64,000 nt of DNA, taken from an uncultured virus (IMG/VR IMGVR_UViG_3300018080_007205). Its lineage: Duplodnaviria > Heunggongvirae > Uroviricota > Caudoviricetes. The notes under the pieces are model-generated. The model ran no database searches and was not told the DNA's origin. It saw nothing but the letters and a program-made list of their open reading frames with translations. This document shows, piece after piece, positions 36,898 to 46,075 of the stretch. Location: the IMG/VR virus record IMGVR_UViG_3300018080_007205; one strand, written 5' to 3'. Both the position numbers and the translations under genes were made by a program. The first letter of the stretch is position 1. Each line of letters starts with the position of its first letter.

Positions 36898-37134
36898 TCA
36901 ACTGCCCCCAGCCTCTGTCATAACAATTGTAGACGGACCTTCTGGATCAAGCCTGCGGCAAGCTGTCTTCTTGGTGTCAATCCAGACCTCCTCTCCTTCG
37001 TCGCCCGCGTTGCCTGCGGCTAATTTTCTGGCCTCTTTGGAATTTTTGGCACGTACTACTACGCCAAATACCTTGTCGTAAGGGTTATCCCAATCTTTGA
37101 CATTCGGTCTTGCCTCTACAACATAGATAGCCAC
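36898..37134 (-). CDS. hypothetical protein
   Basis: GGAGG RBS; YD...VVRA....EARKLA. Confidence 0.7.
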   Translation of the reverse strand: MAIYVVEARPNVKDWDNPYDKVFGVVVRAKNSKEARKLAAGNAGDEGEEVWIDTKKTACRRLDPEGPSTIVMTEAGGS

Positions 37135-37151
37135 AAGTCACCTCCAAACAA

Positions 37152-37180
37152 AAACGGCACGCCAAAAAGGCGTGCCGTTT
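37152..37180 (-). terminator. intrinsic terminator
   Basis: AAACGGCACGCC/GGCGTGCCGTTT hairpin with T run. Confidence 0.8.
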
Positions 37181-37201
37181 GAAACGATTGAATTTTGCAA
37201 G

Positions 37202-37222
37202 GGATGCATCAACGCGCGCGCG
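37202..37222. repeat. 21-bp intergenic motif, copy 2
   Basis: Identical to 4897-4917. Confidence 0.8.
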
Positions 37223-37225
37223 ATG

Positions 37226-37432
37226 CTATTTCTCCAGGAAATTCTCTTCTATGTGCTGCTTGACTGCAGAGGGCTTGATCTGGTCTCCCCTCTCGAACCG
37301 GATGTCGCGAGCGACGCCGTCCGGACCCCTGACACACACCCATATCGTGCGCCCCCAGCAGCGCGACTTGCTGACCTTCCACTCCCACTCCTGTCCGTCG
37401 ATATGTATTTTCCTGCTGTTCTTCCATGCCAT
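37226..37432 (-). CDS. hypothetical protein
   Basis: GGAGG RBS; RKIHIDGQEWEWKV...IKPSAVKQHI. Confidence 0.7.
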   Translation of the reverse strand: MAWKNSRKIHIDGQEWEWKVSKSRCWGRTIWVCVRGPDGVARDIRFERGDQIKPSAVKQHIEENFLEK

Positions 37433-37499
37433 TGCGCTGCCTCCAGAAGTTACAAAGCCAGGTGACTTTGTACAGCACCCGCTCCGCATAGCGTATTTG

Positions 37500-37955
37500 C
37501 TACGCAAACCACCCTTCGTTCGCCAGCTTCCTGGTCCACCTGGCGGCAAACCGGTCTGCATACGGCTCGGCTACCGACGGCTTCTTCCACCTCCGATCCT
37601 TTTCGCCGTATCTCATGTAGGCGAAGAGGTGACCCATCTCGTGCAGGATGATTCTGCAGATCTCCCTCACCGTTTCTTTGCCGAGACCGGCGTGCACATG
37701 GATGGTGTTGGTGGTCGCATTGCAGAATCCGAACGGCTCGTAAGCGGGCATGCTGAGATCGCCCTCTTCAAACTCTTCGTCTTCTCCCCCCTCGCAGTCA
37801 TACCAGTACCTCTTTAATTCCTCCTCCGTCATGTGGACAACCAATGACGCTTGCGGATATGTCGACGGCAGCCTCTCTTTCACTTTAGAGAAGGCCCTGA
37901 TGACCTTCTTGAGGCGCCTGACCTTGTCCTTCAATTCCTGGGTCATGTGCGGCAA
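37500..37955 (-). CDS. zincin-like metallopeptidase domain protein
   Basis: IILHEMGH ... EPYADRFA. Confidence 0.75.
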   Translation of the reverse strand: MPHMTQELKDKVRRLKKVIRAFSKVKERLPSTYPQASLVVHMTEEELKRYWYDCEGGEDEEFEEGDLSMPAYEPFGFCNATTNTIHVHAGLGKETVREICRIILHEMGHLFAYMRYGEKDRRWKKPSVAEPYADRFAARWTRKLANEGWFA

Positions 37956-38000
37956 CCTCCGACAATTGTTAACATTCTTAACTAATGCCGGAAAAATGAT

Positions 38001-38031
38001 AGAGCCGGGACCCCCGCGAGTGCCCGGCTCT
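38001..38031 (-). terminator. hairpin after Hsp20 gene
   Basis: AGAGCCGGG/CCCGGCTCT, T-rich tail. Confidence 0.55.
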
Positions 38032-38055
38032 GCTCAAGCTGCCGTGATCTTTTGG

Positions 38056-38499
38056 CTAGTCTCCCAGCCTTTTTTTCTCCCTGACCTCGATTTCGACGCG
38101 CCGCGGCTTCGCTTCCTCCCTTTTGGGAATTGTAAGCGTCAATACACCATTTTCGGAAACCGCCGAAATCTTTCCGGTATCCGCGGGCGCCGGGAGGGAA
38201 AACGACCTCTCGAACGATCTCGAAAAGGATTTCTTGTTTACTTCCGAAAAGTTGCGCGCTCCCCGAACCGTCAGGTTGCGCCCTTCCGCCTCCACGCGGA
38301 TTTCCGAGGGGTCAACGCCCGGAAGGTCCATCGAGACCGTGTATTCGGCGTCTCCGTGCCTTATATCGGCATCTGGGAGCCATGAGGCCCCTCGCAATCC
38401 CCTGTCGTCGTAGACGACCAGGTCATTCATAAGGCGGTCGAAATCCCGAAGCAAATGCTTGCCGTTCTCGAAGGGGTCGATTCTCATAAGGTCGAACAT
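38056..38499 (-). CDS. Hsp20/alpha-crystallin small heat-shock protein
   Basis: DLPGV, FERSFSLP, ENGVLTLTIPK. Confidence 0.94.
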   Translation of the reverse strand: MFDLMRIDPFENGKHLLRDFDRLMNDLVVYDDRGLRGASWLPDADIRHGDAEYTVSMDLPGVDPSEIRVEAEGRNLTVRGARNFSEVNKKSFSRSFERSFSLPAPADTGKISAVSENGVLTLTIPKREEAKPRRVEIEVREKKRLGD

Positions 38500-38543
38500 A
38501 GCAGCACCTCCTTGTTCATGCTGAAAAAAGTTGCCATAAGAAC

Positions 38544-38571
38544 AAGGTAATCACTACAAGCCGGCTGTCAA
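38544..38571 (-). promoter_or_regulatory. sigma70-like promoter of Hsp20 gene
   Basis: TTGACA-N16-TACCTT upstream of AAGGAGG RBS. Confidence 0.6.
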
Positions 38572-38589
38572 CCCCTTCGCAGAAAAAAA

Positions 38590-38985
38590 CTACAGACCAA
38601 CCTCTTCAAAGTTGACGGTCCATGTAACCGAGCAAACATGCCCGGCGCTATCGGAAACATCATGAGTGATCTCACCGATATATCCATCGTTCGATGTGTG
38701 GAGCAAGACTGTCACGTCATGCGTGCGACCATCATAGTCGATGTACGTGAGGGCATCCAGCTCCTGAGTGCCACAGACGCGAAGGTAGTCGTACTCCTCG
38801 ACATCATGTACATACAGCGTGTAGATGTCCAGAAAATCCGGGGCATCATCACAGTCTCCCTCAGACATCAGGGCCATGCCCATGAAATCTCCAAGCGGAC
38901 CAATACATGGTTCCTCATGAACAACATCTCCGCATCCGGCAGCCAGCAGAAGCGCAACGGTCAGTGCCAGGATTGTCTTCTTCAT
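38590..38985 (-). CDS. lipoprotein
   Basis: MKK + hydrophobic core + LAAGC lipobox. Confidence 0.8.
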   Translation of the reverse strand: MKKTILALTVALLLAAGCGDVVHEEPCIGPLGDFMGMALMSEGDCDDAPDFLDIYTLYVHDVEEYDYLRVCGTQELDALTYIDYDGRTHDVTVLLHTSNDGYIGEITHDVSDSAGHVCSVTWTVNFEEVGL

Positions 38986-39048
38986 TTCAATCTTCCTTTC
39001 TTGTAAGGGGTCCCTTCGGCGGGCAAGCATGCCGTTCGCCGGAGCCTG

Positions 39049-40455
39049 TCACACGGCACTGCAATCCGACGGCGGCGCAACCGAGCACCCGTTTCCGTTT
39101 CCGGCGTTTTCTATTATGCGTTTGATTTGCAACTCCAGCGAGTCCTGCTCGGCCTGGCTGAGTGTGGCGCTCCTGTCCGGGATTGCCGCAATGGTCTTGA
39201 TTTCGTCGATCTTCGTCGATATCACTTCCTCCACCGGAAGGATGGAGCACTGTAGCGCCACCTCCCGCAAATCGGATCTCGACATCCCGTCCGTCTTGTC
39301 AACAAGCTTTTCAATGTTTCCGTTGAACACGCGCACGCCATGGATGCTCATGTACGCTTTCAAGAGCAGGCGCCTCTGGTCCGGCGTCGGCAGCACGAAC
39401 CTGACCGTCTCGTCGAACCTCCCCGTTCTCCTCATCGCCTGCGGTATTGTCGTAATGTCGTTGACGGTGCCTATAATCAGCAGGTCGGACGACAGTGCGT
39501 TCAGCCTCTGTATCTCTCCGAGCAGCCCCTCGATATCACCCGCCCTGTCCATGTCGTCGAAAAGCAGTACGCCGGGGCGCACCAGATCTATGAGCGGCTT
39601 GAGGGGTATGTCGCTGCTGCTGATTGTCTGCAGGGCGGTAGACTCTATCGCCATCATGTGCGTTCCCATGAGGTCCGCGATCCTGGCTGCGAACATCGTT
39701 TTGCCAACCCCTGGAGGACCCCAGAAAAGGCTTGCGCGGCTGATGCCTTTGGTTTGAAACTTCCTGACCGACTCCAGGTACTTGTTTTCGTTGTCCAAGG
39801 GAACGTAGCATTCCGGCTTGTCGGACGTGGGCATCAGCAACATGATATGCGCCCATTCGTCTCTTACAACGCGCATGGAGATGTGACCGTCGACCGTCTC
39901 ACGCAGCGTCTTTGAAAAAGCCTCTGTGGCTTTCTCCTGGCTCTCCGCCCACATGCCGTAGCACCTGCGCTCATCTTCCTCACTGGTCATTGCGTAAAGC
40001 GGCATCCCCATGAGATTGTATGTATTCAGAAGAGTCCCGCGACTGCCGATGCCTTGTGTTTCTACGCGTTCGAATCGCATCTGCCGCATGGTCGAGAACA
40101 CCAGTTCCTCCATGTGCGTGAAGACTCTGACGAGCCCATGGTCTTTTTCAAGTATGTCGGCTAGGCTCTTCTCTTTCTTGTTTTTGGAGAAGACCGAATC
40201 GATAGCCTCGAAAGTCGACACCATGCAGTTCCCGACATGTAGCGGATTTTTGCTCTTGATCGCCAAAGTGGCATCGATGCCGACCCGGAGAAGCCTGAGC
40301 CCCATGGAGATTTTTTTTCTGACTTCGGTCAATGGGTTCTCTTTTTCCGAAATCTCTAATGTCCTGGGTGCCCTGATTTTCACCTTCGCCTCAGCCACGG
40401 GACATTCTTGGTCTTTATTGTACATTTTACACTCCGTTAGCAGAATATTACCCAC
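39049..40455 (-). CDS. AAA+ ATPase
   Basis: GPPGVGKT, LLFDDMD, GTVN, RRTGRFD. Confidence 0.9.
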   Translation of the reverse strand: MGNILLTECKMYNKDQECPVAEAKVKIRAPRTLEISEKENPLTEVRKKISMGLRLLRVGIDATLAIKSKNPLHVGNCMVSTFEAIDSVFSKNKKEKSLADILEKDHGLVRVFTHMEELVFSTMRQMRFERVETQGIGSRGTLLNTYNLMGMPLYAMTSEEDERRCYGMWAESQEKATEAFSKTLRETVDGHISMRVVRDEWAHIMLLMPTSDKPECYVPLDNENKYLESVRKFQTKGISRASLFWGPPGVGKTMFAARIADLMGTHMMAIESTALQTISSSDIPLKPLIDLVRPGVLLFDDMDRAGDIEGLLGEIQRLNALSSDLLIIGTVNDITTIPQAMRRTGRFDETVRFVLPTPDQRRLLLKAYMSIHGVRVFNGNIEKLVDKTDGMSRSDLREVALQCSILPVEEVISTKIDEIKTIAAIPDRSATLSQAEQDSLELQIKRIIENAGNGNGCSVAPPSDCSAV

Positions 40456-40823
40456 ATGAGATGTCCAAGCCCCCAGATCGCAAGCACGCCAGAAACCACA
40501 AAGGTCAAAAGGATTCCCATTATCTTGGCGAATGACTTGAAGTCGAAAGATTCTGACGACGATATCCAGTGCTTGCGCTCCTCCGCTCGCTCCGGCGCCG
40601 TCAGAATCCAGTACATTCCATAACCTATAAGTGCCAAGCCCACAACCGCACCAAGGAAGTATCCCGCTCCGGCAGCCATGATGTTCTCAAAACCAGCATC
40701 AACGGCACATCCCTTTTCTGATATCACTCTCCATGCCAGGATGGTCCCGGACGCTATGCCGCCGGCTACGCCCGATGCTGCTCCGACAGCAAGGGCAATT
40801 GTGATTTGCTTTTTCTCTGTCAT
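40437..40823 (-). CDS. membrane protein
   Basis: Three hydrophobic segments. Confidence 0.7.
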   Translation of the reverse strand: MTEKKQITIALAVGAASGVAGGIASGTILAWRVISEKGCAVDAGFENIMAAGAGYFLGAVVGLALIGYGMYWILTAPERAEERKHWISSSESFDFKSFAKIMGILLTFVVSGVLAIWGLGHLMWVIFC

Positions 40824-41869
40824 AGCTGGAACCCAGCCCCAACATTAACAACCACGCCCCCGGCAGAATCGATCCCGATCTGCGGCGACAGATACAGGTT
40901 TGTCAGCACCGGGATAGGTCGCCCCAGATTGAACAACGCCGGGGCGAACGACAGATGAGCGGCTTGCCTGTCCGCGTCATAGCCCGCGGCGAACCTGAAG
41001 AATCGCCACATGCTATCCACTTTGTTCTTCCCGTATGAGGACAGGGACATTCCCAAATCGCCGCCGAATGAGAACAACTCCCCCGATCTCCCAGGTCCGT
41101 CGGCAAATCCGTACACCTTTCCGCCGGCGAAGAAACTGACATCCAGTCGCGGGTTCCACCAGTACATCCTGTCAGATTCCGGAATCTGCAGGTATTCGGA
41201 CGTCTCGAGTTTGATCGGGTACAGCTTTTCCGATTTGCCTGGCACGCCGTACTTCAGCTGGTGATGGAACACCATCTGCCCGCTGTCCTTGGTGCTGACC
41301 GCCGTTAGGAGACTGTATTTCCTCCCGTACACTTCGTAGCCCCATGGGGCTTTCTTGGAGGCGTCGAAGGTAGCCTGCGCCACCGGAGCCTTATTGGAAT
41401 CCTCAAGCTCTTTAACCTGTGGATTCTTGGTGTATCCATGTATATCCACCAAACGCCCGTCGTCGCATTTCTCAACCTTGGGGTTTTCGGGACCGATGCG
41501 GTCGCTCTCCTGCAGCTTCGTCACTTTTTGTTTGAGACTACCAACCGTCCTGCCCACCGCCGTCAACTGCGCCCCCACCCTGCGAATGTCCCGCTCCAGA
41601 GCAGCGCGGTCGTCTTTGGTCAGCAGGTCTTTGAGGCTGTTCTGTAGATCGTCCTTGGTTGCCCACCTGGTGCTTGAACGCACAAGCGTCTCGGTAAGAG
41701 AACGAAACTGCGTAACCTCATTGGCAAGCCGTGCGTTTGTATCATGTAGCTGCTTTAGATACCACCCAAGCACCCCAAGCGCGCACACAAGCACGAAAAA
41801 CCCAGCAAAAACCAAAAGTACTTTCAGTTTTCCGTGGGATGTAACAACCACTATCTTCTCTTCAGCCAT
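40820..41869 (-). CDS. membrane-anchored coiled-coil protein with beta-rich C-terminus
   Basis: N-terminal TM, heptads, C-terminal GAGFQL. Confidence 0.7.
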   Translation of the reverse strand: MAEEKIVVVTSHGKLKVLLVFAGFFVLVCALGVLGWYLKQLHDTNARLANEVTQFRSLTETLVRSSTRWATKDDLQNSLKDLLTKDDRAALERDIRRVGAQLTAVGRTVGSLKQKVTKLQESDRIGPENPKVEKCDDGRLVDIHGYTKNPQVKELEDSNKAPVAQATFDASKKAPWGYEVYGRKYSLLTAVSTKDSGQMVFHHQLKYGVPGKSEKLYPIKLETSEYLQIPESDRMYWWNPRLDVSFFAGGKVYGFADGPGRSGELFSFGGDLGMSLSSYGKNKVDSMWRFFRFAAGYDADRQAAHLSFAPALFNLGRPIPVLTNLYLSPQIGIDSAGGVVVNVGAGFQL

Positions 41870-42197
41870 CCCTCTTCTCCGGCTTTAAGGGCACACTTGT
41901 GTAATACAGGACCAGAACACTGCCGCTAGAGCAAGGAATAACCTTGGCAATCTCATCATTTTGGTGCCTTGCCAGCCAACTGTTCATGCTTGTTATTAGC
42001 ACTATTTTCGACCTCATCATCTCTCCGGCATGCCGCCTTACCGGCATTGCTTCAGAGTATGCCTTGAAGCGTTTCGAATCGCTCATCAACTTCCCCTTTG
42101 CTCGAACTGACCCCAATCTTTCGGCTTCCTTTTTGGAGGAAGCTCGATTCCTTTGAGATCCTTCTGCCGCCAATTTTGCTGCCCCTGCCATTCTCAC
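41862..42197 (-). CDS. hypothetical protein
   Basis: Coupled ORF. Confidence 0.5.
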   Translation of the reverse strand: MRMAGAAKLAAEGSQRNRASSKKEAERLGSVRAKGKLMSDSKRFKAYSEAMPVRRHAGEMMRSKIVLITSMNSWLARHQNDEIAKVIPCSSGSVLVLYYTSVPLKPEKRDG

Positions 42198-42503
42198 TCA
42201 CTTATTGTACTCCAGTATTTTATTCATAGACGCTATGTTTTTTATGGTTTTGAAACATTGTTCTTCAGCCTCCGCATCGCTGGCATGCGCCCACCAACTG
42301 TCATGAAAACAATTTCCGGACTTAATGCGCGACCAGAATTGCCCGCCTTCGTATTTCCACAGGTGCTCCCATGACAACGGTGAAAATAAGGTTGCGACGC
42401 GACATTGGCTGCTGCGCAGGAGTTCCAGAAAACGCCCCTGTCTTCTTTCGCATTTCGGACAGACCTTGAATAATGTCTCCGCTAACGCTAACTTTATTGC
42501 CAA
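42198..42503 (-). CDS. hypothetical protein
   Basis: GAGGAG upstream; CPKC; HDSWWAHA. Confidence 0.5.
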   Translation of the reverse strand: MAIKLALAETLFKVCPKCERRQGRFLELLRSSQCRVATLFSPLSWEHLWKYEGGQFWSRIKSGNCFHDSWWAHASDAEAEEQCFKTIKNIASMNKILEYNK

Positions 42504-42542
42504 TGAACTGAACTTTGTGCATTTTTGCTCCTCGCAATAACC

Positions 42543-43931
42543 TTACAAACTCTGCGCCACGCATTCTTCAGGCTTCTTGTCCGATCGACCCTTGAACACT
42601 GGAAACCTTACGGCATGTACGCCGTTTTTTGGCGGCTGTCTTGAATCGAACTCTACTTTGATGGTCCACCCCACTGCGTCATCTCCGTAATACTCGACTC
42701 TCTGGGCGTCTGACAAACCCCCGCCGCACTTGCCGCACTTGATTCTTTTGCCGGTTTTGGGATGTACCTGCTCGATATAGAATCCGCCGAGCTTGCCGGA
42801 GTTCTTCCCGGTTCCCTCATAGGTGCCAACCACTATGAACTCCTCCTCGTACTTCGGTTTGCGTTTCCAGATGCCGTCCGGTCTTTTGGCATCGCCGTCG
42901 AACGAGTACGCTTTTCTGCCGTACACTGCGTCCGCCGACAGGACAACGAACCCCTCCGCCCCGATTCTCTTTGCTAGGTCGATGTCTTCCAAAGAATTCG
43001 TCTTGAATATTTTGACAGGACCAACATGGTGCTTGCGCAGCATAGCTTCGCGGCGCCTGCTTTCCGCCAAATGGACTTTCGCATCGAGCGACAACCCGGT
43101 GTTCAGCCGAAGGCGCGGATCCAGCTTAGAGAACAACTCCCTGAGGATTGACAGGCGATCGCGCACCGTGGAATAGCGCGCCAAATCGTCCCCTCCAAGA
43201 AACGCCACGTCGAACACATAAAACGCCGTCTTGCCCAAGGGTTTCTTGTTTTCATGACCCTTTGGGAATGTACCCATGCCTTGGTATGCCAAGGCTAACG
43301 GTGGATCGCTCCTACAAATGCTGCTTAGGTCCAAAAATCTGTCAACTCCTTTGTCGCCAAGCAGAACGATCTCTCCCAGCAAAACCGACTTGCCCGGAGC
43401 ATCAAGCATATTGAGAGATTTGACGATGTGCGGAAACCTCTCGGTTGCCTTGTCCATACGTCTGGTATAGATTTCCCAGTCGCCGCGGATTCCGACGGCA
43501 ACATGCATCATTCCGTCGCGCTTGAGGGTCCAAATGGCTTTGCGGCTTTTCTCCAGTTTGGTGAGTTTGCCGTCAGAAATTTTCGTTTGCGGCTTGTAGA
43601 AAGTCAGGTTTTTCGGCAGCGGCAGATCAAGGTCCACAACCGTGGCGACCTTGCACATCGGTCTCCCGTCGCAGAACTCCACATAGCCGTGTTCTTTCTT
43701 CCTCCTAATGTCGCGCGCCATGCAGAACAGCGCATAATGGTCCGCCGTTTGATAGTCGGCGTGACCTTCCACCCCGCATGACCCAGGTCTATCGCGGGTC
43801 TCCTGGATCGCTCCATCGAGCATGCCCCATCTGGTTACCACGATTTCCGGGTCTTTTTCATCGATTCCGATGTACCATACCCTGGGGCGTTCAGAAAGCC
43901 CGGTTTCTTTTCGAAACTCTCGCAGTTTCAT
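42543..43931 (-). CDS. ATP-dependent DNA ligase
   Basis: KRDG motif I, LLGEI, YVFDV, EGFVV, KRKP, OB fold (GGG.SD, VRFPVF). Confidence 0.92.
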   Translation of the reverse strand: MKLREFRKETGLSERPRVWYIGIDEKDPEIVVTRWGMLDGAIQETRDRPGSCGVEGHADYQTADHYALFCMARDIRRKKEHGYVEFCDGRPMCKVATVVDLDLPLPKNLTFYKPQTKISDGKLTKLEKSRKAIWTLKRDGMMHVAVGIRGDWEIYTRRMDKATERFPHIVKSLNMLDAPGKSVLLGEIVLLGDKGVDRFLDLSSICRSDPPLALAYQGMGTFPKGHENKKPLGKTAFYVFDVAFLGGDDLARYSTVRDRLSILRELFSKLDPRLRLNTGLSLDAKVHLAESRRREAMLRKHHVGPVKIFKTNSLEDIDLAKRIGAEGFVVLSADAVYGRKAYSFDGDAKRPDGIWKRKPKYEEEFIVVGTYEGTGKNSGKLGGFYIEQVHPKTGKRIKCGKCGGGLSDAQRVEYYGDDAVGWTIKVEFDSRQPPKNGVHAVRFPVFKGRSDKKPEECVAQSL

Positions 43932-43940
43932 GAGGCTCTC

Positions 43941-44129
43941 CTAGAATGACCGGGAAATTGTTTCCGCCAGCGAATTGAACAGGCTGGACAAAGTAGATAC
44001 TACCACAAACACGGCTAACATACATGCCGCCACAAGAACCAAAGCCACTCCTATCTTGGCAGCTGTGCGCGGCTTCTTCAATTCGTCTTCGAACGCCTTC
44101 AGTTTTTCGTCTTTTTCTGGGTCGTACAT
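43941..44129 (-). CDS. small membrane protein
   Basis: GGAGG RBS, single TM. Confidence 0.6.
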   Translation of the reverse strand: MYDPEKDEKLKAFEDELKKPRTAAKIGVALVLVAACMLAVFVVVSTLSSLFNSLAETISRSF

Positions 44130-44261
44130 TTGTTCACGCTACCTCCCAACCAGTCGTCGTTCCATAGCACAAGGTCATGCCCCCCTGACAATACGGTGCC
44201 AGAAAGCCCATAGTATCCCCTGAACGCTTCCGGCTCAAGAACCCATGTGACCTTTTCCATC

Positions 44262-45176
44262 TTAGTCCCAATCCCTTAATTTGTATCCTTTGTAGCTTAG
44301 CCAGTTCCTCTGCTCTGCTGACAGTGATTTCATACATATCCAGTCGCGCCCCCAACTTTCTTTCGCATGCCCTGGCGGACCGTATATATGTACCCACCCC
44401 AGCCTTTCCAACTCTTGCTGGTTCTTCTTGAGTACAAACTTGGCGCATTTAATATGTAGCCTTGAAGCGCATCCATAAAACCTCCCTCCGCGGTCGAGAT
44501 ATCCGGCGTCCTGCGCTGGATCGTCAAGCGCAGTTCCATGCCAGTCTAAATCCTCCAACCTGTTCGCCTGGACCTCACCAAGCACCTCATCGCATTCGCC
44601 GACCGGCGTTTTCCCGCCGACCATGTTGTAGTACCATTTTCCGCTTTCACTTAATTCATACCAAAACGGAGCGCTCTTTTTCTCTGTGGAGCCATATGCC
44701 TGCCTGACAAGCCGAAAAGTGTACAGTGTGTCATCCGTATGGCAATCGCGCGGCACAATCTGCCAGGCTTTCTCCCCCTCGGTTCCTGTATATGGGCGCA
44801 GAATCGCGGTAACCTTGTACACATCGCTGTCCTGATCCAGGTCTCTCCACAGGTTCTTGGAAAGACCTATATACAGGAACGATGCCACATCGTTGATCTT
44901 ACTCGTACAAATGTCATGTACCCAGGTGCCATGGCATGGGCGGATAAACACTGGGAGCATCGTGTCATAATCAAGTGGAAAATCTCGCGCATCCATAGCA
45001 TAGACTCCTTCCAAATCCAGGCTAGGTTTTGGAAAAAACTCCACCGAAACGACCTCTCCGGGCTCCATGGCGTCGCGCAGCTGGCATTCTCCGGCTCCCA
45101 TGTCGATTATCTTGCGCCCCTTTGCGTACTTACGCAGGAACAATACCAACTCGTCGGTTATTTCACAGAACTTCAT
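44262..45176 (-). CDS. hypothetical protein with methyltransferase-like N-terminus
   Basis: IIDMGAG; FIRPCH; GYLDRGGRFYGC. Confidence 0.65.
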   Translation of the reverse strand: MKFCEITDELVLFLRKYAKGRKIIDMGAGECQLRDAMEPGEVVSVEFFPKPSLDLEGVYAMDARDFPLDYDTMLPVFIRPCHGTWVHDICTSKINDVASFLYIGLSKNLWRDLDQDSDVYKVTAILRPYTGTEGEKAWQIVPRDCHTDDTLYTFRLVRQAYGSTEKKSAPFWYELSESGKWYYNMVGGKTPVGECDEVLGEVQANRLEDLDWHGTALDDPAQDAGYLDRGGRFYGCASRLHIKCAKFVLKKNQQELERLGWVHIYGPPGHAKESWGRDWICMKSLSAEQRNWLSYKGYKLRDWD

Positions 45177-45245
45177 TTTGTCACAGATACTGTCTCTTCA
45201 ACGGTAAGGACCAGTAAAGAAGCTCTGTACCAAAACATGTACGCT

Positions 45246-45548
45246 TCAGTTCAGGCATATCGGTCGAAACTGCTCAAGGTGATTGAGAAGGCGCTTTCCC
45301 AGTTGTATGGTGCTCCAACCCAAGCTGCTGTTAATTTTGTGGAAAACATCCGGATGTACCAAAGCTGTGATGGTACATGAAAACTGTTCATAATTTTCTT
45401 CTAAATGAACATCATGAAACACTTTCATGCGGTTGTTTTTATTGCCGCACGGCGCGAGCACAAGAATGGGATCCCAGTTCAATACGGCATCATGTATTCC
45501 TGCGACAGTCGGAATGTATTTGTGCTTGGTAGGGATACCTTCGCGCAT
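45246..45548 (-). CDS. hypothetical protein
   Basis: GAGG RBS; ORF fills gap. Confidence 0.55.
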   Translation of the reverse strand: MREGIPTKHKYIPTVAGIHDAVLNWDPILVLAPCGNKNNRMKVFHDVHLEENYEQFSCTITALVHPDVFHKINSSLGWSTIQLGKRLLNHLEQFRPICLN

Positions 45549-45552
45549 TATG

Positions 45553-45993
45553 CTACCTCTCGTCGTCCGTGGGAATTGGCACTGAAGCTACCACCTTGGA
45601 TCTCGCACCTCTTCGCCTCCAGCTTGTCCGCCTGGTGCGACCCTTAGATTTGCGCAAGCGCCTGAGAGCCTCTCTCTGTTTGCGCCGCTTTTTCTCCGAC
45701 GGCTTCTCGGCATGCCGGCGCCGCTTCAGCTCCTGTAGAAGCCCCTCCTTGGACATGCGATTCTTCAGCACGCGCAGTGCCTGACCGACATCTCCATAAC
45801 GAACATCTACCTCTACAGGACGGATGGTTTTTTCCTCAAGAGGTGGAAGTTCCCTACGCCGGTTATGCTGACCAGCACCATGCCTATCGCGCTGTCGGTA
45901 TCCTCCGCTGCGCCCGCGCTGTTGCTGCTGTTGTCGACCGCCTCCTCGCCAGGCTGGTTGCTGCTGCTGTTTTCTCTCGTCTGACAATATCAT
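45553..45993 (-). CDS. rpsU: ribosomal protein bS21 with N-terminal Q/R/G-rich extension
   Basis: VEVDV..GDVGQALRVLK...EGLLQELKRRRHAEKPSEKKRRK. Confidence 0.88.
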   Translation of the reverse strand: MILSDERKQQQQPAWRGGGRQQQQQRGRSGGYRQRDRHGAGQHNRRRELPPLEEKTIRPVEVDVRYGDVGQALRVLKNRMSKEGLLQELKRRRHAEKPSEKKRRKQREALRRLRKSKGRTRRTSWRRRGARSKVVASVPIPTDDER

Positions 45994-46075
45994 TCTCCTT
46001 CGGGAATTCCTGTCATTCCACTTTTCGTCTGTCTACCGCCCGTGTCCGCAACCCATTCGCGGAACCTGTGGCATT